This document shows, one piece after another, positions 12,171-25,231 of a stretch of DNA of 64,000 bases. The notes under the pieces are model-generated. The model was not told where the DNA came from. It saw nothing but the letters and a program-made list of their open reading frames with translations, and did no database searches. The stretch lies in assembly GCA_002104945.1 (NCBI GenBank), contig MCFH01000003.1, positions 992,001 to 1,056,000 of the forward strand. Direction: 5' to 3'. This stretch comes from Piromyces finnis finn. Taxonomy: Eukaryota > Fungi > Neocallimastigomycota. Position 1 is the stretch's first letter, and each line of letters begins with the position of its first letter. The position numbers and the translations under genes were made by a program.

Positions 12171-15100
12171 TTAAAACCTGGAAATAGAAGCGATAAACTT
12201 AACTATATCTTGAGTCATGTTTATCCAAACAAAGTTTCTTGTAATTAATTCTTTTGTTTTAATAATACCAAAATGACCATGAATTGGATTGTCATGATGC
12301 ATTGAGAATATTGTATCTCTCATTTTCTTTGGTACGTAAACTAAACTTTTATACAAAAGAATTCCTTCTTCGCTTAACTTAAAATTCTTCATTAACTTCT
12401 TATACTTTTTACTTACAGTAGATTTTCCTTGTAGAATATTTATTAACTCCTTAGTTTCTTCATCTTCTTTAATTTCTTTAATTAAATCTTCTTTAAGATT
12501 TCCTCGAATAGACACAAGACATATAGTATCTTCGATTTCTTTAACTGTCAAACATGAATAGGCTTCTTCGTCTTCTTTATTACTTTTATCTTCTTCATAA
12601 TCAGGACGTCTTGAAAAAGCATCAGGTTTTCCACCTTCTTTACCCGTTCTATATTGTATTTTGAAATCATAACGAGTCAAAAACAAATTCCAGCGAATTT
12701 GTTTTTGCGAAAATACTCCAGGCTTTCTTGGAAAAGTAAGATTTTTATGGTCTGTATAGATCATAAATTGATGCTTGGCTCCTTCTAAGTAGTGTCTCCA
12801 TTGTTTCAAAGCTTCAATAACAGCCAAAAGTTCTTTATCATAGATTGGATAGTTCTTTTCCGATTTAGTCAATCCTCTTGAATAATAACAAATTGGATGA
12901 AGTTCATTATTATTCGGTAACCTTTGAGACAATACGGCACCGATTGCAAAATTACTTGCATCTGTCTCAACCACAAAAGGTAATTCAGGATCAGCATGAA
13001 TTAAAATTGGTTCCTCGGTAAAGAATTTCTTCAATGTACAAAAAGCTTCATTACATTCTTCTGACCAATGAAAATTAACATCTTTCTTTGTTAGATTATG
13101 TAACGGTTTGGCAATACTAGCAAAGTTTGGAATAAATCTTCTATAATAATTACATAATCAGATAAATGATTGCACTTCTTTAACAGATGTTGGTACAGGC
13201 CATTCCATAATAGCTTTAGCCTTCTTTGGATCCATAGAGATTCCTTTATCTGAGATAACATGCCCTAAGAAAGTAGTTTCTGAAGTTTCAAATTCGCATT
13301 TACTAAGTTTTGCATACAATCCATTTTCTTTTAATCTTTGAAGAACTTTCTTTACGTGCTTTCGATGTTCTTCTAAGTTTTTCGGATAGATAAGAATATC
13401 ATCAATATAAGAAAAAGCGAATTCATCCAAGTATTCCCCGAGAACATCATTGATAAAATGTTGGAAGGTTGCAGGAGCGTTTTTTAACCCAAACGGCATG
13501 ACAAGATATTCAAAGTGACCAAATCTTGTCCTAAAGGCAGTTTTATATTCATCACCTTCATTTATTCGAACTAGATTATAAGCAGACTTGAGATCAAGTT
13601 TAGTAAAGACTTTAGCTTCCCTTAATCTATCGAATAATTCAGATATGAGAGGCAATGGATATGAATCCCTGATTGTGTTTTCATTGAGTCTTCGATAGTC
13701 AACGCACAATCTTAAAATCCTATCCTTTTTTCTAACGAACAATACAGGTGCTCCAGCAGGTGAAGTAGACGGTCTTATAAATCCTTTTTCTAAGTTTTCA
13801 AAAATATACTCCTTCAACGTATTCCTTTCTTCTTCTGTCAAAGGGTATAACGGACCATAAAATATGTTATCTTTATCTTTCAATCTTATTTTACAATCGT
13901 ATATTCGATGTGGAGGTAATTCATTACACTCAACTTCATCAAATACACTTTCAAATTCCTTATATACATCAGGAATTTCTACAACACTTTCTTCAACATC
14001 TTCACCACTACTTCCATCATTTGAAAGAACACTACATACAATATATTTTTGAACATTTTTATTTAATTTTAAAATTTTACTACATTTCTTTTTAATACAT
14101 GAATTCTTATTTTTATCTATAATTTTTATATTTTCTTTGTTCTTAATTTCACTATCTCTAATTTTTAAACTATTTTTATAATTGCTAAGTATTTCTTGTA
14201 CAAGTTCCTTTTCTTTTCTTCTTTCTTCTTCCTTGGACAATTCTTCTTCTTTACTTCTTCTTTTCATTTCTTCTGGAGTAGCACAGCAATTCAATGAACA
14301 GAATTTAGACTTAAATTCGAGAGTTTGATCCTTAAAGCTAATTGTAGGATCATGCTTTCTCAACCAGTTCTTTCCAAGAATGACAGAAATACCAGAAGGA
14401 AGATCGGTAAGGTAGAATTGAATGGATTCCTTATGATTCTTGATATTCATGATTAAAGGAATTGTTTCATACTTCAAGAATCCATTACCACTTATACCTT
14501 CAACAAACTTATCCTTAAACATTCTTTGGAATGGGATCTTGTACTTATCAACAGCCTTCCAATCCAAAAAGTCTAAGTCCAAACCAGAATCCACAAGAGC
14601 CTTAAGATAAACACCATTATTGACTTGTAGCACGATGTCATAAACATTCAACATCCTTCTTCCAGCGGTAGTAGCCATAAATGCTTTTGGTCGATTTATT
14701 ATTTTGTCCTTAAGTTGGGGACAATCTTTCTTCAAGTGTCCTGTTCTTTTGCAGAAAAAGCATTTTCTTGATTTGGTCGAATTTTGGTAGTTTTCTTGAT
14801 CCACATAGTTATTATACTTGGTTTCATAAGAAGCATATCAGTTAGTTCCTAAGTTTCTATTATATCTTCTAACTTTCCGTCAACCTCCATGGGATCTTTT
14901 CCATAAATCTTCCATTCAACTTCGGCATTAGCGGCAACCACATTGATCAATTCGGTAAGTTTTCTAATTTTTGGATATAGTAGCCTTGCTTTGTCCTTGA
15001 CGGATGTTGGTAGTCCTTCCATAAAGAAGTAGATCTTAGCTTCATCATTAAATGACGAATCCCTTGCCATCTTCTCAAAAGCTTCACAGTAATCCATTAC

Positions 15101-15613
15101 GTTCCTGAATTGTCCTGCTTTTATCTTCACCAACCGACTGTTAGCTACGTCGGCGCTGTTGCAAGTCTTGTAGCGAGCCTTCATTGCCTCAATAAAATCT
15201 TCATAAGAGTTCAACAGGGGGCTTTCTTCTCGTTCTAAGTCTGCAAACCATTCGGCGGCGGTTCCTTCCAGGTAGCATCCCAAGATATCCAGCTTGTAGG
15301 CGTCGGTAGCATCTTCTTCTAAGTTATACTTGAAATATTTCTCCAGTCTTGCCAGGAAGTAAAGAAGTTCACTTCTTTTTCCTGAAAAACTTGGAGGTTT
15401 TGGGATGAGTTTTCCCCTGGTGTTAACGCTTTTACCAGTCTCATCCTCAATATCCATCATGGAACTCGCCTCAGAGCCTGCGTCACTGACTCCAGCTATT
15501 CCATCGTCACGGTTGTTTATTCTTAAATAACTATTTCTATCCATTTTACTATTACTTAATAAACAACAAATTATTAACCAATAATTAATATTCCAATTAA
15601 TTAAACTATTCAA
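12171..15613 (-). mobile_element. gag-pol: Decayed Ty3/gypsy element (gag, CCHC, protease, RT, RNase H, integrase truncated in the zinc-binding domain)
   Basis: Gag PKPPSFSGKRSEL; CFFCKRTGHLKKDC; LVDSG; YIDD; VETDAS; HDNPIHGHFG. There is a frameshift and stop near 14830-14870 and a single TGA at 13158-13160, in frame with the 13034 ORF. Confidence 0.93.
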
Positions 15614-17814
15614 CTTGACTATTTCTACTTATTTTATTCCTATATTAAACCAATAATTTATTAACTATATTATTATATATTTTTTTAACAAACTTTTCAA
15701 TTTTACTATTACTATGTAAAATAATACTTGTAAAACAGATTATTATTTTTACAATAAAACACAAAAAAATAAAAAAAAATTTTCAATTAATATTTCTTTT
15801 TAAAAGTTATTAACTATATAATAGTCAATAACAACTACATTTATTTAAAATTTGGAAAAAGTACATGTATTTATATTTTTTCTTATTTACATTCATTATA
15901 TATACTTTTTATTCAATTATACATATATTTAATATAAAATAAACAAAACTAATTTAATACAAATTTAAATCAATAATAAAATAACAAAGCTATACTAAAA
16001 CTAATTAAATACACTTTTGATTCAATTTAAGTAAACTACAAATTGAATACAATCCATGTATTACTGTAATGAGGTATATCTAATGATAAGGGTTAGACTA
16101 GAAAATCATTAAGGTTAGATTAATGAAAATTTCATAATTATATTTTTATAACCAATCATTAAGTAATTAATTCACTTATCAAATTGTATTAAAAAAAATA
16201 ATTTTCATGTATATAAGAGAGAATAAGAAAGATAAAATAGTTCTTTAGTGTTTTTATTAATAATTAATAAAAATTAGTTTTTTTGTTTCGTCTTTAGTTT
16301 GATAATACACTGACCTAGCGAGTTAGTCGTATTATAATAATAAATTTAATAAATAAACATTATTAAAAAAAATATATATATATTTGATACATTAGAGTGT
16401 GTGTGTTTATTATTATAATATTTCGTTACAATTACCTATATATTAATTAAATATTATGATATGAAATATTATATAAAACTCTAATTATTAATAAAATTAT
16501 TTTATTAATAATTACATAAAATAAATTAAAATAGTCATGTAACAACGTGACTAAAAGCAATTGAGGCGTAAATAAACTCACAAGATAAAATAAATTTAAG
16601 TGATAACATAAATTTATTTTATTAATTTAAGTAATATAAACATAAAATTATAACATAATTTTATGTTATGTAAATAATTTCTTTTATTTATTATTTTATT
16701 TATAATATTTTATATTTTATATTTATATTTTATTATATTTTTATACTTTTTATACTAGTTATTATATATTTATTAATTAAACAAACAAAACATAGTTTAT
16801 AATTATTAAAAGATATATAAATGTATTATTATTTCTTATAATTAATTCTTTGCTTCTTGTATTTTTCTAGCCAAATTTATATTTAATAAAATTAATTTGA
16901 AATAATATTACATAAAGTTTCCCCCTAAAAAGGAAATAGAACCGAGTTATGTCAATTAATAATACTATTTATTTTATATTTACTATTAAAAATGCTAATT
17001 TAAAACTACGCTAAAGTTAATAAACTAATTTTAATTAAATAAAAACTTTTTTAAGATTTAATTTGAATATTTAAAATATTTAAATTTAATTATCCATTAA
17101 TTTAAATATTTATCCAAATTTTATTTTTTAACTTTGATATTTTAAAATTAATTATTATTTAATTATTCCATGAAATTTATATAATAAATTTTATAAATAA
17201 TTTTTTCATTAAAATATCAAAATTATTATTTAATAATTATTAATTAATTATTAAATAATTTAAAGATATAAAATATATCTTTACATACTATTTATTAACT
17301 ATTACTAAATTATTTTAACAATAAATTATTCTATACCAAATAATTTTAAAATACCCCGAAATTAACTAAAATTAATTTCTAACAACAAAAAAATTTTTCT
17401 TTTTCTTTAATATTAATATTCTATAGTCCCCGAATTTAATTCTATTATTAAATTCTCACTATAATTAATTATTAATTTTTTTTTTATTTTTTAACTATCA
17501 CTATGTATACAAAGGTGAACTTTTATACTATAAAGTTGGAAAATTGTAAAATAAACTAAAGTTCAGGTTTGTATACAACACTAAACTAACACAATTAAAC
17601 TAATTATTTTTAATAATAATTTATTTATTTATTTATTTATTTTAAAACTATACTAACTAAACAACCGTTGATTACTTTACCGTGAAGTATATTTTACCAA
17701 AGCCCTCACTAGGTAATCAATCTTCTATTTATTTAAAACTAGAATTATTAATCTAAACTATAAACTAATTATTAACTAATGTTAATCTATCTATACTAAA
17801 TTAACCTATACGAT

Positions 17815-18322
17815 TTTCCAACTATCGTTTCAATAGTTGAAAAATTTTCTTTTTATACTTTTTAAATAAATTGAATAAATTCTAATATACATGTTTTAAT
17901 ATTATAATTTTACATTGTTTACATTTATACATTTATTAAAAGTAATTGTTTGTATTAAACTATTTAAATTCAATTTATTTACTAAAGAATTTTCTAAACT
18001 TAAAATAAAGTTTTGATTTATTTACTATATGATTGATTATATTTCAAACATATGTTTAATTTATTTATTTCTAATTTTGAGGCTTAGTTTATAAAAAAAG
18101 TTTTTTATTATCTAAAATATTTATTGGTTAAAAATTATTTAATTTAAAATTTTATTTTATCATCAAAAACTTTATCTTATCATAAAAATAAATTTTACAT
18201 AAATTTATGTTAATGTATTGTGATATAAAGTTTGTGAAAATTTACGGTACATTAATTTAATACATTATACATTATTTTAAATACGTATTAAATACATTAT
18301 TCTATTAATACAATATTTTACA
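17815..18322 (-). mobile_element. Partial family C LTR, possibly the 5' LTR of the 12171-15613 element
   Basis: Reverse complement of 11162-~11670, starting TGTAAAATATTG at 18322. Sequence near 17500 resembles the leader upstream of the gag remnant at the window start. Confidence 0.7.
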
Positions 18323-18866
18323 CCAGGATTGTTGCCAGACTCAATTTTGAGATTGCCTGGTACAGGAAAATCATTTACAGTATTATGGATTATATTGAAT
18401 TTTATTGATGTTTATGAAAAACCAAGTATTATTGGTAAAAATAAAGAAGCCATTATACTTATGATGCTTTTAATTTTCGTGTACCTCCAATAGGTATTAC
18501 TAATTATAAACAGTTTATGAAAAAATACATTGAATTTCATACCTATATTACCTTTTGTAAATCCGTAGAAACTTTCAAAGATACTTCGATATACGAAGAC
18601 AGATTATTGATCATTGACGAAATCCATCATTTTCGAAATTCAATTAGTAATAATATTATATATAATAAATTATTGAATTTTTTAAATAACATAAAAAATT
18701 CAAGAGTTATATTTATGTCAGCTACTCCAATTTTCGATAATTATAATAAAATTACAAGTTTAGTAAAATCAATAAAACCTAATTTTAATTTTAATATCAA
18801 AACAACACCAGTTATATTGGAAGAAATAATGAAAGGATATGTATCTTATTATGGATTGAATCCACC
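18323..18866 (+). pseudogene. SF2 DExH helicase relic, N-terminal part (poxvirus D6/D11, NCLDV or linear-plasmid type)
   Basis: Walker A PGTGKS starts at 18356 in a shifted frame, followed by LLIIDEIHHFRN, VIFMSATPIFDN and KGYVSYY. No introns. Interrupted by the LTR at 18867. Confidence 0.75.
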
Positions 18867-19387
18867 TGTAACGTGTATCTATATAAAAATTTACTAATAT
18901 ATGAATTCATAAAATTTATATAGAAAAATATTATTTATTTCCCTATAGGTTGATATAATTTGTTTAATTTTATTAGAAAATTGTTTTATTAATAATTATT
19001 TTTATTTTTAAAAATTAAAGTTACAAGTTAATAAAAACACACCATTTAATTTTTTGATTCAAACCACTTCTATTTATACTTTTTCTAAATCTGAAGTGGC
19101 TAAATAAAAAATTCAATTTTCTTTCGAAATTATTCTTTAAATTAATTAAAAATTACATAAGATGAATCCCGTGATAAAATTACAAAAAATATTTGATTTT
19201 TCGAATATTCGAACTTATTCTTTTTCGAATAAGTTCTATAAGTTTCTATGAGTCGTAAATTAAATTGTTAAATAAATAATCTAAAATAGATTTCGGATCA
19301 AGGTGTGAGTCGAACCCGAGTGATCCAGATTAATGTCTTAAATACTAACCATTAAGACAATATTAATTATCTAATAGATTCGTTACA

Positions 19388-19400
19388 TGGTCCTCCTCCA
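19388..19400 (-). promoter_or_regulatory. Polypurine tract of the chromovirus
   Basis: The minus strand reads GGAGGAGGACCA immediately before the 3' LTR TGTAAC. Confidence 0.7.
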
Positions 19401-19675
19401 GGATTCGGATACCAGACGAATCTTTGGATTCATTTTATGTTTTATTAAATAAATTTTTTTTTTTAAATTATATAACTACTATATAATTAAACTATACTAA
19501 TTGAATTACAATAAAAATAAATTTTTTTTTTCATATTATACATTTGATATTAAATACATGCTTATAGTAAGTTTAAAATTAAAGAAAATTTAATTTTTTT
19601 TTTTTTTTTTTTTTTTTTTAAGAATAAAATTAAAAATAAAATTAAAATAAATTAAAAATAAAGTTTCTGGTAGAA

Positions 19676-22600
19676 TCATTTCTTTTCGTTAAATTCCTTA
19701 AGTAGCTCTGGACAATTCAAATTATTTTCTGGCTCCCAAGATGCTTCAGATATCGGATATCCTTTCCATTTAATTAGGTATTGAACTTTACCATAATATC
19801 TTCTTTTGTCCAATATCTCCTCAACTTCAAATTCTTCATTATTATCTACAATAACTGGTGGAGGTGGCGGTTGCTTTCTTTTGAACTTATCTTCATGGTA
19901 GGGTTTCAATTCTGAAACGTGGATAACTGGATGAATACGAATTTCTTTTGGTAACTCCAATTTGAAAGAAACTGGTGATATTTTTTCAATTATTTTGTAC
20001 GGACCAAGTTTTCTAGGTTTTAGCTTCTTATTACCGTTCCGCATTATTAGAGAACTGTTAATCCAGACCTTATCATTTACCTTGAGTTCAGGAGCTTTAC
20101 TTCTGTGTTTGTTTGCAAATTTTTTTTGTTGATCAATAGATTTCTTTAAGTTATCTTTAAGAGTTTTAATTATTTCTTTGAAATTTCTTGTGAATTCATC
20201 CGCAATTGGTACATCGGTACGACTTGGTAAAATTGGAGAATGTTTCGGATTATAGCCGTAGTTAGCAAAAAATGGTGAAGTTTTAGTAGATTCTTGAACA
20301 GCATTGTTGTAACTGAATTCGGCAAGATGTAAGAATTTGTACCAATTGGAACCTTTATAATTTGAGTAACACCTTAAGTATTGTTCTACAACGGAGTTTA
20401 CCCTCTCCGTCAGCCCGTTTGTTTGGTGGTGGTAGGATGAAGAAAATTTTAGGTTTATATCGAAAGATTTACAAATAGAATTCCAGAATTTAGAGGTGAA
20501 TTGAGTACCTCTATCCGAAAAAATTTCATTTGGTAATCCGTGGAGACGAAAAACGTTGATCATGAAAGCATCAGCAGTATCGGAGGCAGAAGGAATGTTC
20601 TCAAAAGGAATAAAATGACATAATTTAGTTAATCTATCAGTGACAACGAGAATGCAAGTATACTTTTGAGAAGGTGGAAGATCTGTAATAAAGTCCATAG
20701 ATACGGAAGACCAAGGACGTTCAGCAATTTCCAAAGGAGAAAGAAATCCATAAGGTTTGTGTCGAGAGTCCTTTGAACGGCAGCATATTTCACAAGACTT
20801 TACATATTCTTTGACATCGACTGAGAGATAAGGCCACCAAAAGTCACGAACAATAAGGGAAGTAGTTTTCTTTAATCCGAAGTGTCCAGCGGAGGGTGAG
20901 TCATGGCAAATTTTAAGAACTTCCAAACGACAATCTTGGGGGACATAGATTCTATTATTGAATAATAATACACCATCTTGAATTTTAAAGTTTTCGATTT
21001 GCGAATGAGGGACTGGGGGAATTTGAGTTTCTAAATATTTGCATACTTCAAAGTAAAATTTATCATCTTTGCTATTTGAAATGATTTTATCCATAAGGGG
21101 ATTGTTATCCAGAACCATGGCACAAAAGTTTTCGGGTCTAAGGACGGAATTTGGAATGTCATTGTTATACTTAAAATTTTCTAAGTAATCTGGTCTTCTA
21201 GATAAAGCGTCAGGTTTACCATTAGCAGAACCCGACCGATAAACGATGATAAAGTTAAACTCGGCAAGGAACAAAGACCAACGAACTAATCTTTGAGTCA
21301 TTTTTTCGGGTTTCTTCTGGTAGAGCAAATTTCTATGATCCGAGAAAATCTTGAAAGGCTGAGTAGTTCCTTTGAGTAGATGTCGCCAAGTTTCTAAAGC
21401 AGCTACAATTGCTAAAAGTTCTTTATCGTAGATCGGATAGTTCCTTTCAGAAGAACTAAGCGATCTAGAGAAAAATGCCACTGGATGAACCGACTTGTCT
21501 TTTGGATTCGTTTGTGAAAGGATTGCTCCTATAGCGAAATTACTTGCATCCGTTTCAACTATGAAAGGTATATCACGATTCGGGTATGCAAGAACAGGGG
21601 AAGAAGCAAATTTGGATTTGATTAAACTAAAAGAATTTTCACACTGATGAGAGAAGCAGAATTTAACATCCTTCTTAAGTAACGCATTCAGTGGTTGTGC
21701 GATCTCAGCAAAACCGGCAATGAATCTTCTATAATAATTAGCTAACCCAAGAAACGCTTGAACCTCTTTAACGCTTTTAGGAGTTGGCCATTCCAAGATA
21801 GATGCAATTTTCTTTGGATCCATTAAAATACCTTCAGAAGATATACGATGACCTAAGAAATCGATAAATGGGACAAAGAACTCACATTTTTCAAGTTTTG
21901 CGTAAAGTCCCGCTTTTCTAAGTCTGTTAAGTACTTCTTTGACTTGCATAACATGTGTTTCAAAATTTTCCGAAAAAATAATTAAGTCATCAATATAACT
22001 GAAGACAAATACTCCCAAGATTCCATCAAGCACATCATTAATGAAATGTTGGAATACTGCAGGCGCGTTCTTCAAACCAAACGGCATTACAGTATATTCA
22101 AAGTGTCCATATTTGCAAGTAAAAGCAGTTTTGAATTCATCACCTTCTTTTATCCTCACAAGATTGTAAGCTGATCTTAAATCAAGTTTGGAGAAGATGT
22201 TGCTTTTACCTAAGTGCTCCAACATATCGTTAATTAGTGGTAAAGGATAGGAATCACGGACTGTGATTTCATTCAATTTCCTATAATCTTGACAGAGACG
22301 TAGTTCACCATTTTTTTTTGGAACAAAGAGCACTGGGGCACCTGCCGGTGATTTTGAAGGTCTAATGAAACCTTTTCGCAAATTTTCATCAATATATTCC
22401 TTCAATACCATTGATTCTTTATCCGTTAAGGGATAAATTGGTCCATAAAAAAGTTTAGAGTCCGGCTTAAGACGGATTTCACAGTCGTATTGCCTATGAG
22501 GCGGCAATTGTTCAGCGGCTTTTTCATTAAATACATCTTCAAAGGCTTGAAGTTCAGCAGGAAGAATAACTTCTTTATTGTTTGTAGGCTTGATGGTGGA

Positions 22601-23911
22601 ATCGTGATTTTTTGGAGAACTTTTTGTTAAATCATGGATATAAGAATTTGTTGAAGTGCTACAAGAAGGTTTGGAATCATTAGAAATAGAAGAAATAACA
22701 TAAGTAGGGGCAACGTTAGGAATAATAGAGCAATGTGACAGACAGAAATTTGAATTAAAAGATAATTCTTTTTCAACGAAGTTAATATTAGGGTTGTGTT
22801 GATGTAGCCATTCAGCACCTAAGATGCCGCAATATCCCGGAAGGTCTACGATATAGAATATAGCTTTACATTGGTGGTTTTTGTATTTGATCGAAATTGG
22901 GATAGATTTACCTAAGATTTGTTGTTCCCCACCAATGCCAGAGATTTTGTTGAAAGAGACGGATTTATCAAAAGGAATATTATTTTCTTCGGCAAAGACC
23001 ACATCTAGTAGGTTAAGTTGGGATCCTGAATCAATTAGTAATTTTGTATTCACGGAGACGTCGGAAGTATTGAGTTGGAAATCAAAGACTGGCTGTTTCA
23101 GATTGGGGTTATCGGAGAATCTTATTCTAGGCTTCTTTTCAGGCATAGTGTTAGAAATATGAATCCCAGCTGATTTTTCATTTTTATTTCTTTTTGGGCA
23201 GTTATTTAACTTATGATCAGGAGAACCACAATACAGGCAGAGATTTTCCTTAATTCTTCTAGCTTTTTCTTCTGAGGAAAGCGGTCCATAAGTTTTCTTA
23301 TTTCTTGAAGTGCAAGGTTTTCTATTTGCTTCAGTTCTTCGGTTTTGAGTAGTGTTAATAGAATGATTGTTGTTGAAAAATCTTCTATTGGTATCGATTC
23401 TAGAATCGATTCTTGATGCAATAACTTGTAAATTTAGCAACGTTTGTGGACCGGGAAACATTTCTAAAATCCTATTGGCGACTTGATCTTGTAGTCCAGC
23501 TAAGAAGGCATCCATTTTCGCACTTTCGTTCCAAGAAGAGTCATCGGAGTATCGGTTAAATTCAAGAATATATTTTTGAATCTCACCGATTTTCCTTTGC
23601 TTTATAGTTCGAAGTTTTTGATTAGCCACAAACGTTGAGTCGTTGTCACCAAACACAGATTTAAGCTTGGCAACGAATGAGTCATAATTTAGTAGGCATT
23701 CGTCATGGTTGTGAATTAATGATGCAGCCCAATTTAAGGCTTCACCATATAGTCTCGAAATGATATAAACGATTTTTGCTTCGTCATCCGCGTAACGCTC
23801 TGGGTAGACCATAAAGATTAATTCTATTTTAGCGAGAAAACCCTTAAAGAAACGACGATTTCCAGCGAAACCATCCTTCAATGTAGCATTATTCATCAAT
23901 TCTTCATCCAT
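19676..23911 (-). CDS. gag-pol: Gag-Pol polyprotein (Gag, CCHC, protease, RT, RNase H, integrase, chromodomain), 1411 aa
   Basis: [14 protein letters not shown]; LIDSG; YIDD; VETDAS; HHCC region (HDSPSAGH...CEIC); integrase MDF..SDRG..ERVN; chromodomain [26 protein letters not shown]. Confidence 0.97.
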   Translation of the reverse strand: MDEELMNNATLKDGFAGNRRFFKGFLAKIELIFMVYPERYADDEAKIVYIISRLYGEALNWAASLIHNHDECLLNYDSFVAKLKSVFGDNDSTFVANQKLRTIKQRKIGEIQKYILEFNRYSDDSSWNESAKMDAFLAGLQDQVANRILEMFPGPQTLLNLQVIASRIDSRIDTNRRFFNNNHSINTTQNRRTEANRKPCTSRNKKTYGPLSSEEKARRIKENLCLYCGSPDHKLNNCPKRNKNEKSAGIHISNTMPEKKPRIRFSDNPNLKQPVFDFQLNTSDVSVNTKLLIDSGSQLNLLDVVFAEENNIPFDKSVSFNKISGIGGEQQILGKSIPISIKYKNHQCKAIFYIVDLPGYCGILGAEWLHQHNPNINFVEKELSFNSNFCLSHCSIIPNVAPTYVISSISNDSKPSCSTSTNSYIHDLTKSSPKNHDSTIKPTNNKEVILPAELQAFEDVFNEKAAEQLPPHRQYDCEIRLKPDSKLFYGPIYPLTDKESMVLKEYIDENLRKGFIRPSKSPAGAPVLFVPKKNGELRLCQDYRKLNEITVRDSYPLPLINDMLEHLGKSNIFSKLDLRSAYNLVRIKEGDEFKTAFTCKYGHFEYTVMPFGLKNAPAVFQHFINDVLDGILGVFVFSYIDDLIIFSENFETHVMQVKEVLNRLRKAGLYAKLEKCEFFVPFIDFLGHRISSEGILMDPKKIASILEWPTPKSVKEVQAFLGLANYYRRFIAGFAEIAQPLNALLKKDVKFCFSHQCENSFSLIKSKFASSPVLAYPNRDIPFIVETDASNFAIGAILSQTNPKDKSVHPVAFFSRSLSSSERNYPIYDKELLAIVAALETWRHLLKGTTQPFKIFSDHRNLLYQKKPEKMTQRLVRWSLFLAEFNFIIVYRSGSANGKPDALSRRPDYLENFKYNNDIPNSVLRPENFCAMVLDNNPLMDKIISNSKDDKFYFEVCKYLETQIPPVPHSQIENFKIQDGVLLFNNRIYVPQDCRLEVLKICHDSPSAGHFGLKKTTSLIVRDFWWPYLSVDVKEYVKSCEICCRSKDSRHKPYGFLSPLEIAERPWSSVSMDFITDLPPSQKYTCILVVTDRLTKLCHFIPFENIPSASDTADAFMINVFRLHGLPNEIFSDRGTQFTSKFWNSICKSFDINLKFSSSYHHQTNGLTERVNSVVEQYLRCYSNYKGSNWYKFLHLAEFSYNNAVQESTKTSPFFANYGYNPKHSPILPSRTDVPIADEFTRNFKEIIKTLKDNLKKSIDQQKKFANKHRSKAPELKVNDKVWINSSLIMRNGNKKLKPRKLGPYKIIEKISPVSFKLELPKEIRIHPVIHVSELKPYHEDKFKRKQPPPPPVIVDNNEEFEVEEILDKRRYYGKVQYLIKWKGYPISEASWEPENNLNCPELLKEFNEKK

Positions 23912-23974
23912 TTTCTTTATTTTATTTTATTGATAATATCTAATTTTAATTTAATTTAATGAGTATAATGTATC

Positions 23975-24108
23975 CAAAAGAATCCAAAAACAAAATCCAA
24001 AAGAGTCCAAAAGAGTCCAAGAGAGTTCAAGAGAGTCCAAGAGAGTTCAAGAGAGTCTAAAAGAGTCCAAGAGAGTTCAAGAGAGTCCTAAAGAGTTCAA
24101 GAGAGTTC
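23975..24108. repeat. 10-bp minisatellite (aagagtccaa/gagagttcaa variants) in the chromovirus 5' leader
   Basis: Roughly 12 tandem 10-mer units visible directly between the PBS region and the gag start. Confidence 0.9.
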
Positions 24109-24173
24109 AGTAAGTTTAAAAAAAAAAAAATATATAACAAATTAATCAAGGTAAAGGGAATATGTTACAACCG

Positions 24174-24183
24174 GTGTTTTTAT
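24174..24183 (-). promoter_or_regulatory. Non-tRNA primer-binding site (putative self-priming)
   Basis: ATAAAAACAC directly follows the 5' LTR on the minus strand and is complementary to GTGTTTTTAT inside the LTR (24348-24357). A TATAAATA box lies at 24388-24395. Confidence 0.65.
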
Positions 24184-24704
24184 TGTAACGTGTATCTATA
24201 TAAAAATTTACTAATATATGAATTCATAAAATTTATATAGAAAAATATTATTTATTTCCCTATAGGTTGATATAATTTGTTTAATTTTATTAGAAAATTG
24301 TTTTATTAATAATTATTTTTATTTTTAAAAATTAAAGTTACAAGTTAATAAAAACACACCATTTAATTTTTTGATTCAAACCACTTCTATTTATACTTTT
24401 TCTAAATCTGAAGTGGCTAAATAAAAAATTCAATTTTCTTTCGAAATTATTCTTTAAATTAATTAAAATTTGCATAAGATGAATCCCGTGATAAAATTAC
24501 AAAAAATATTTGATTTTTCGAATATTCGAACTTATTCTTTTTCGAATAAGTTCTATAAGTTTCTATGAGTCGTAAATTAAATTGTTAAATAAATAATCTA
24601 AAATAGATTTCGGATCAAGGTGTGAGTCGAACCCGAGTGATCCAGATTAATGTCTTAAATACTAACCATTAAGACAATATTAATTATCTAATAGATTCGT
24701 TACA

Positions 24705-24896
24705 CCACCAGATACATCGGTTAAATTAATGGGTTCGTATGTTCCAGGAATTGAACGGTTTACATTATTAAAAATTCCTATGAAAGGATTACAACTTAAA
24801 ATCTATAAAAAATTAGTTAAAGATTCTGATACCATATGTAATATTGGAATTAATAATGTGAAAGCAACTCTTGGTGTAATTGGTTTACTACCATAG
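24705..24896 (+). pseudogene. Continuation of the SF2 helicase relic after the chromovirus
   Basis: Removing the element and one TSD gives ...YYGLNPPDTSVKLMGSYVPGIERFTLLKIPMKGLQLKIY..., in frame up to TAG at 24894. Confidence 0.75.
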
Positions 24897-25168
24897 TGTA
24901 ACGATTTTGTGAATATCTCACTAGGTCGTTATAGATTTTAATATTAATTAAATAAAACACTAAAAAATAGTATTTAAATTATATGTTTTATATTTATTAT
25001 TTTATTTATTTATATTATTACTAAGTTTAATATCGACTCAAAGAGTCAAAACAAAATAAAAATACATGAATTTTATATTCAAAAAATTATTAGAAGTTTA
25101 ATATGATTGGTTGTATCATTTTAATAATAAAATAAAATAAATATTATTTTTTCAAAAAAGATAAATGA

Positions 25169-25231
25169 CGGATTCAAACCAGTGACATAGATCATGTAGA
25201 AAACAGGTAGGTACCACTGAGTCACTGTGGC
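25169..25231 (-). pseudogene. Degenerate tRNA-like sequence or SINE head
   Basis: A-box-like TGACTCAGTGG and B-box-like GGTTTGAATCC at tRNA spacing, followed by a T run. The stems do not close properly. Confidence 0.4.

Larger units (their letters stand above)
18867..24704 (-). mobile_element. Full-length, recent chromodomain Ty3/gypsy retrotransposon (chromovirus), 5838 bp
   Basis: Two 521-bp LTRs (18867-19387 and 24184-24704) with TG...CA termini and only two substitutions that I noticed. CCACC/CCACC TSD and a single uninterrupted ORF. Confidence 0.97.

Noticed and set aside
14805-14870. Possible programmed frameshift between gag and pol
   Set aside because: The downstream frame also contains a stop, no slippery site is evident, and relatives (54924, 19676) read through this region. 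Decay is the simpler explanation.
22627-23421. Small ORFs at 22627, 22881 and 23206, and similar short ORFs overlapping other gag/pol regions (e.g. 13864, 28491, 48312, 54911, 61903)
   Set aside because: They are antisense or off-frame shadows of retroelement coding sequence with no independent motifs.
23975-24108. CRISPR-like array
   Set aside because: These are contiguous 10-bp tandem units with no unique spacers, in a eukaryotic retrotransposon leader with no cas genes.
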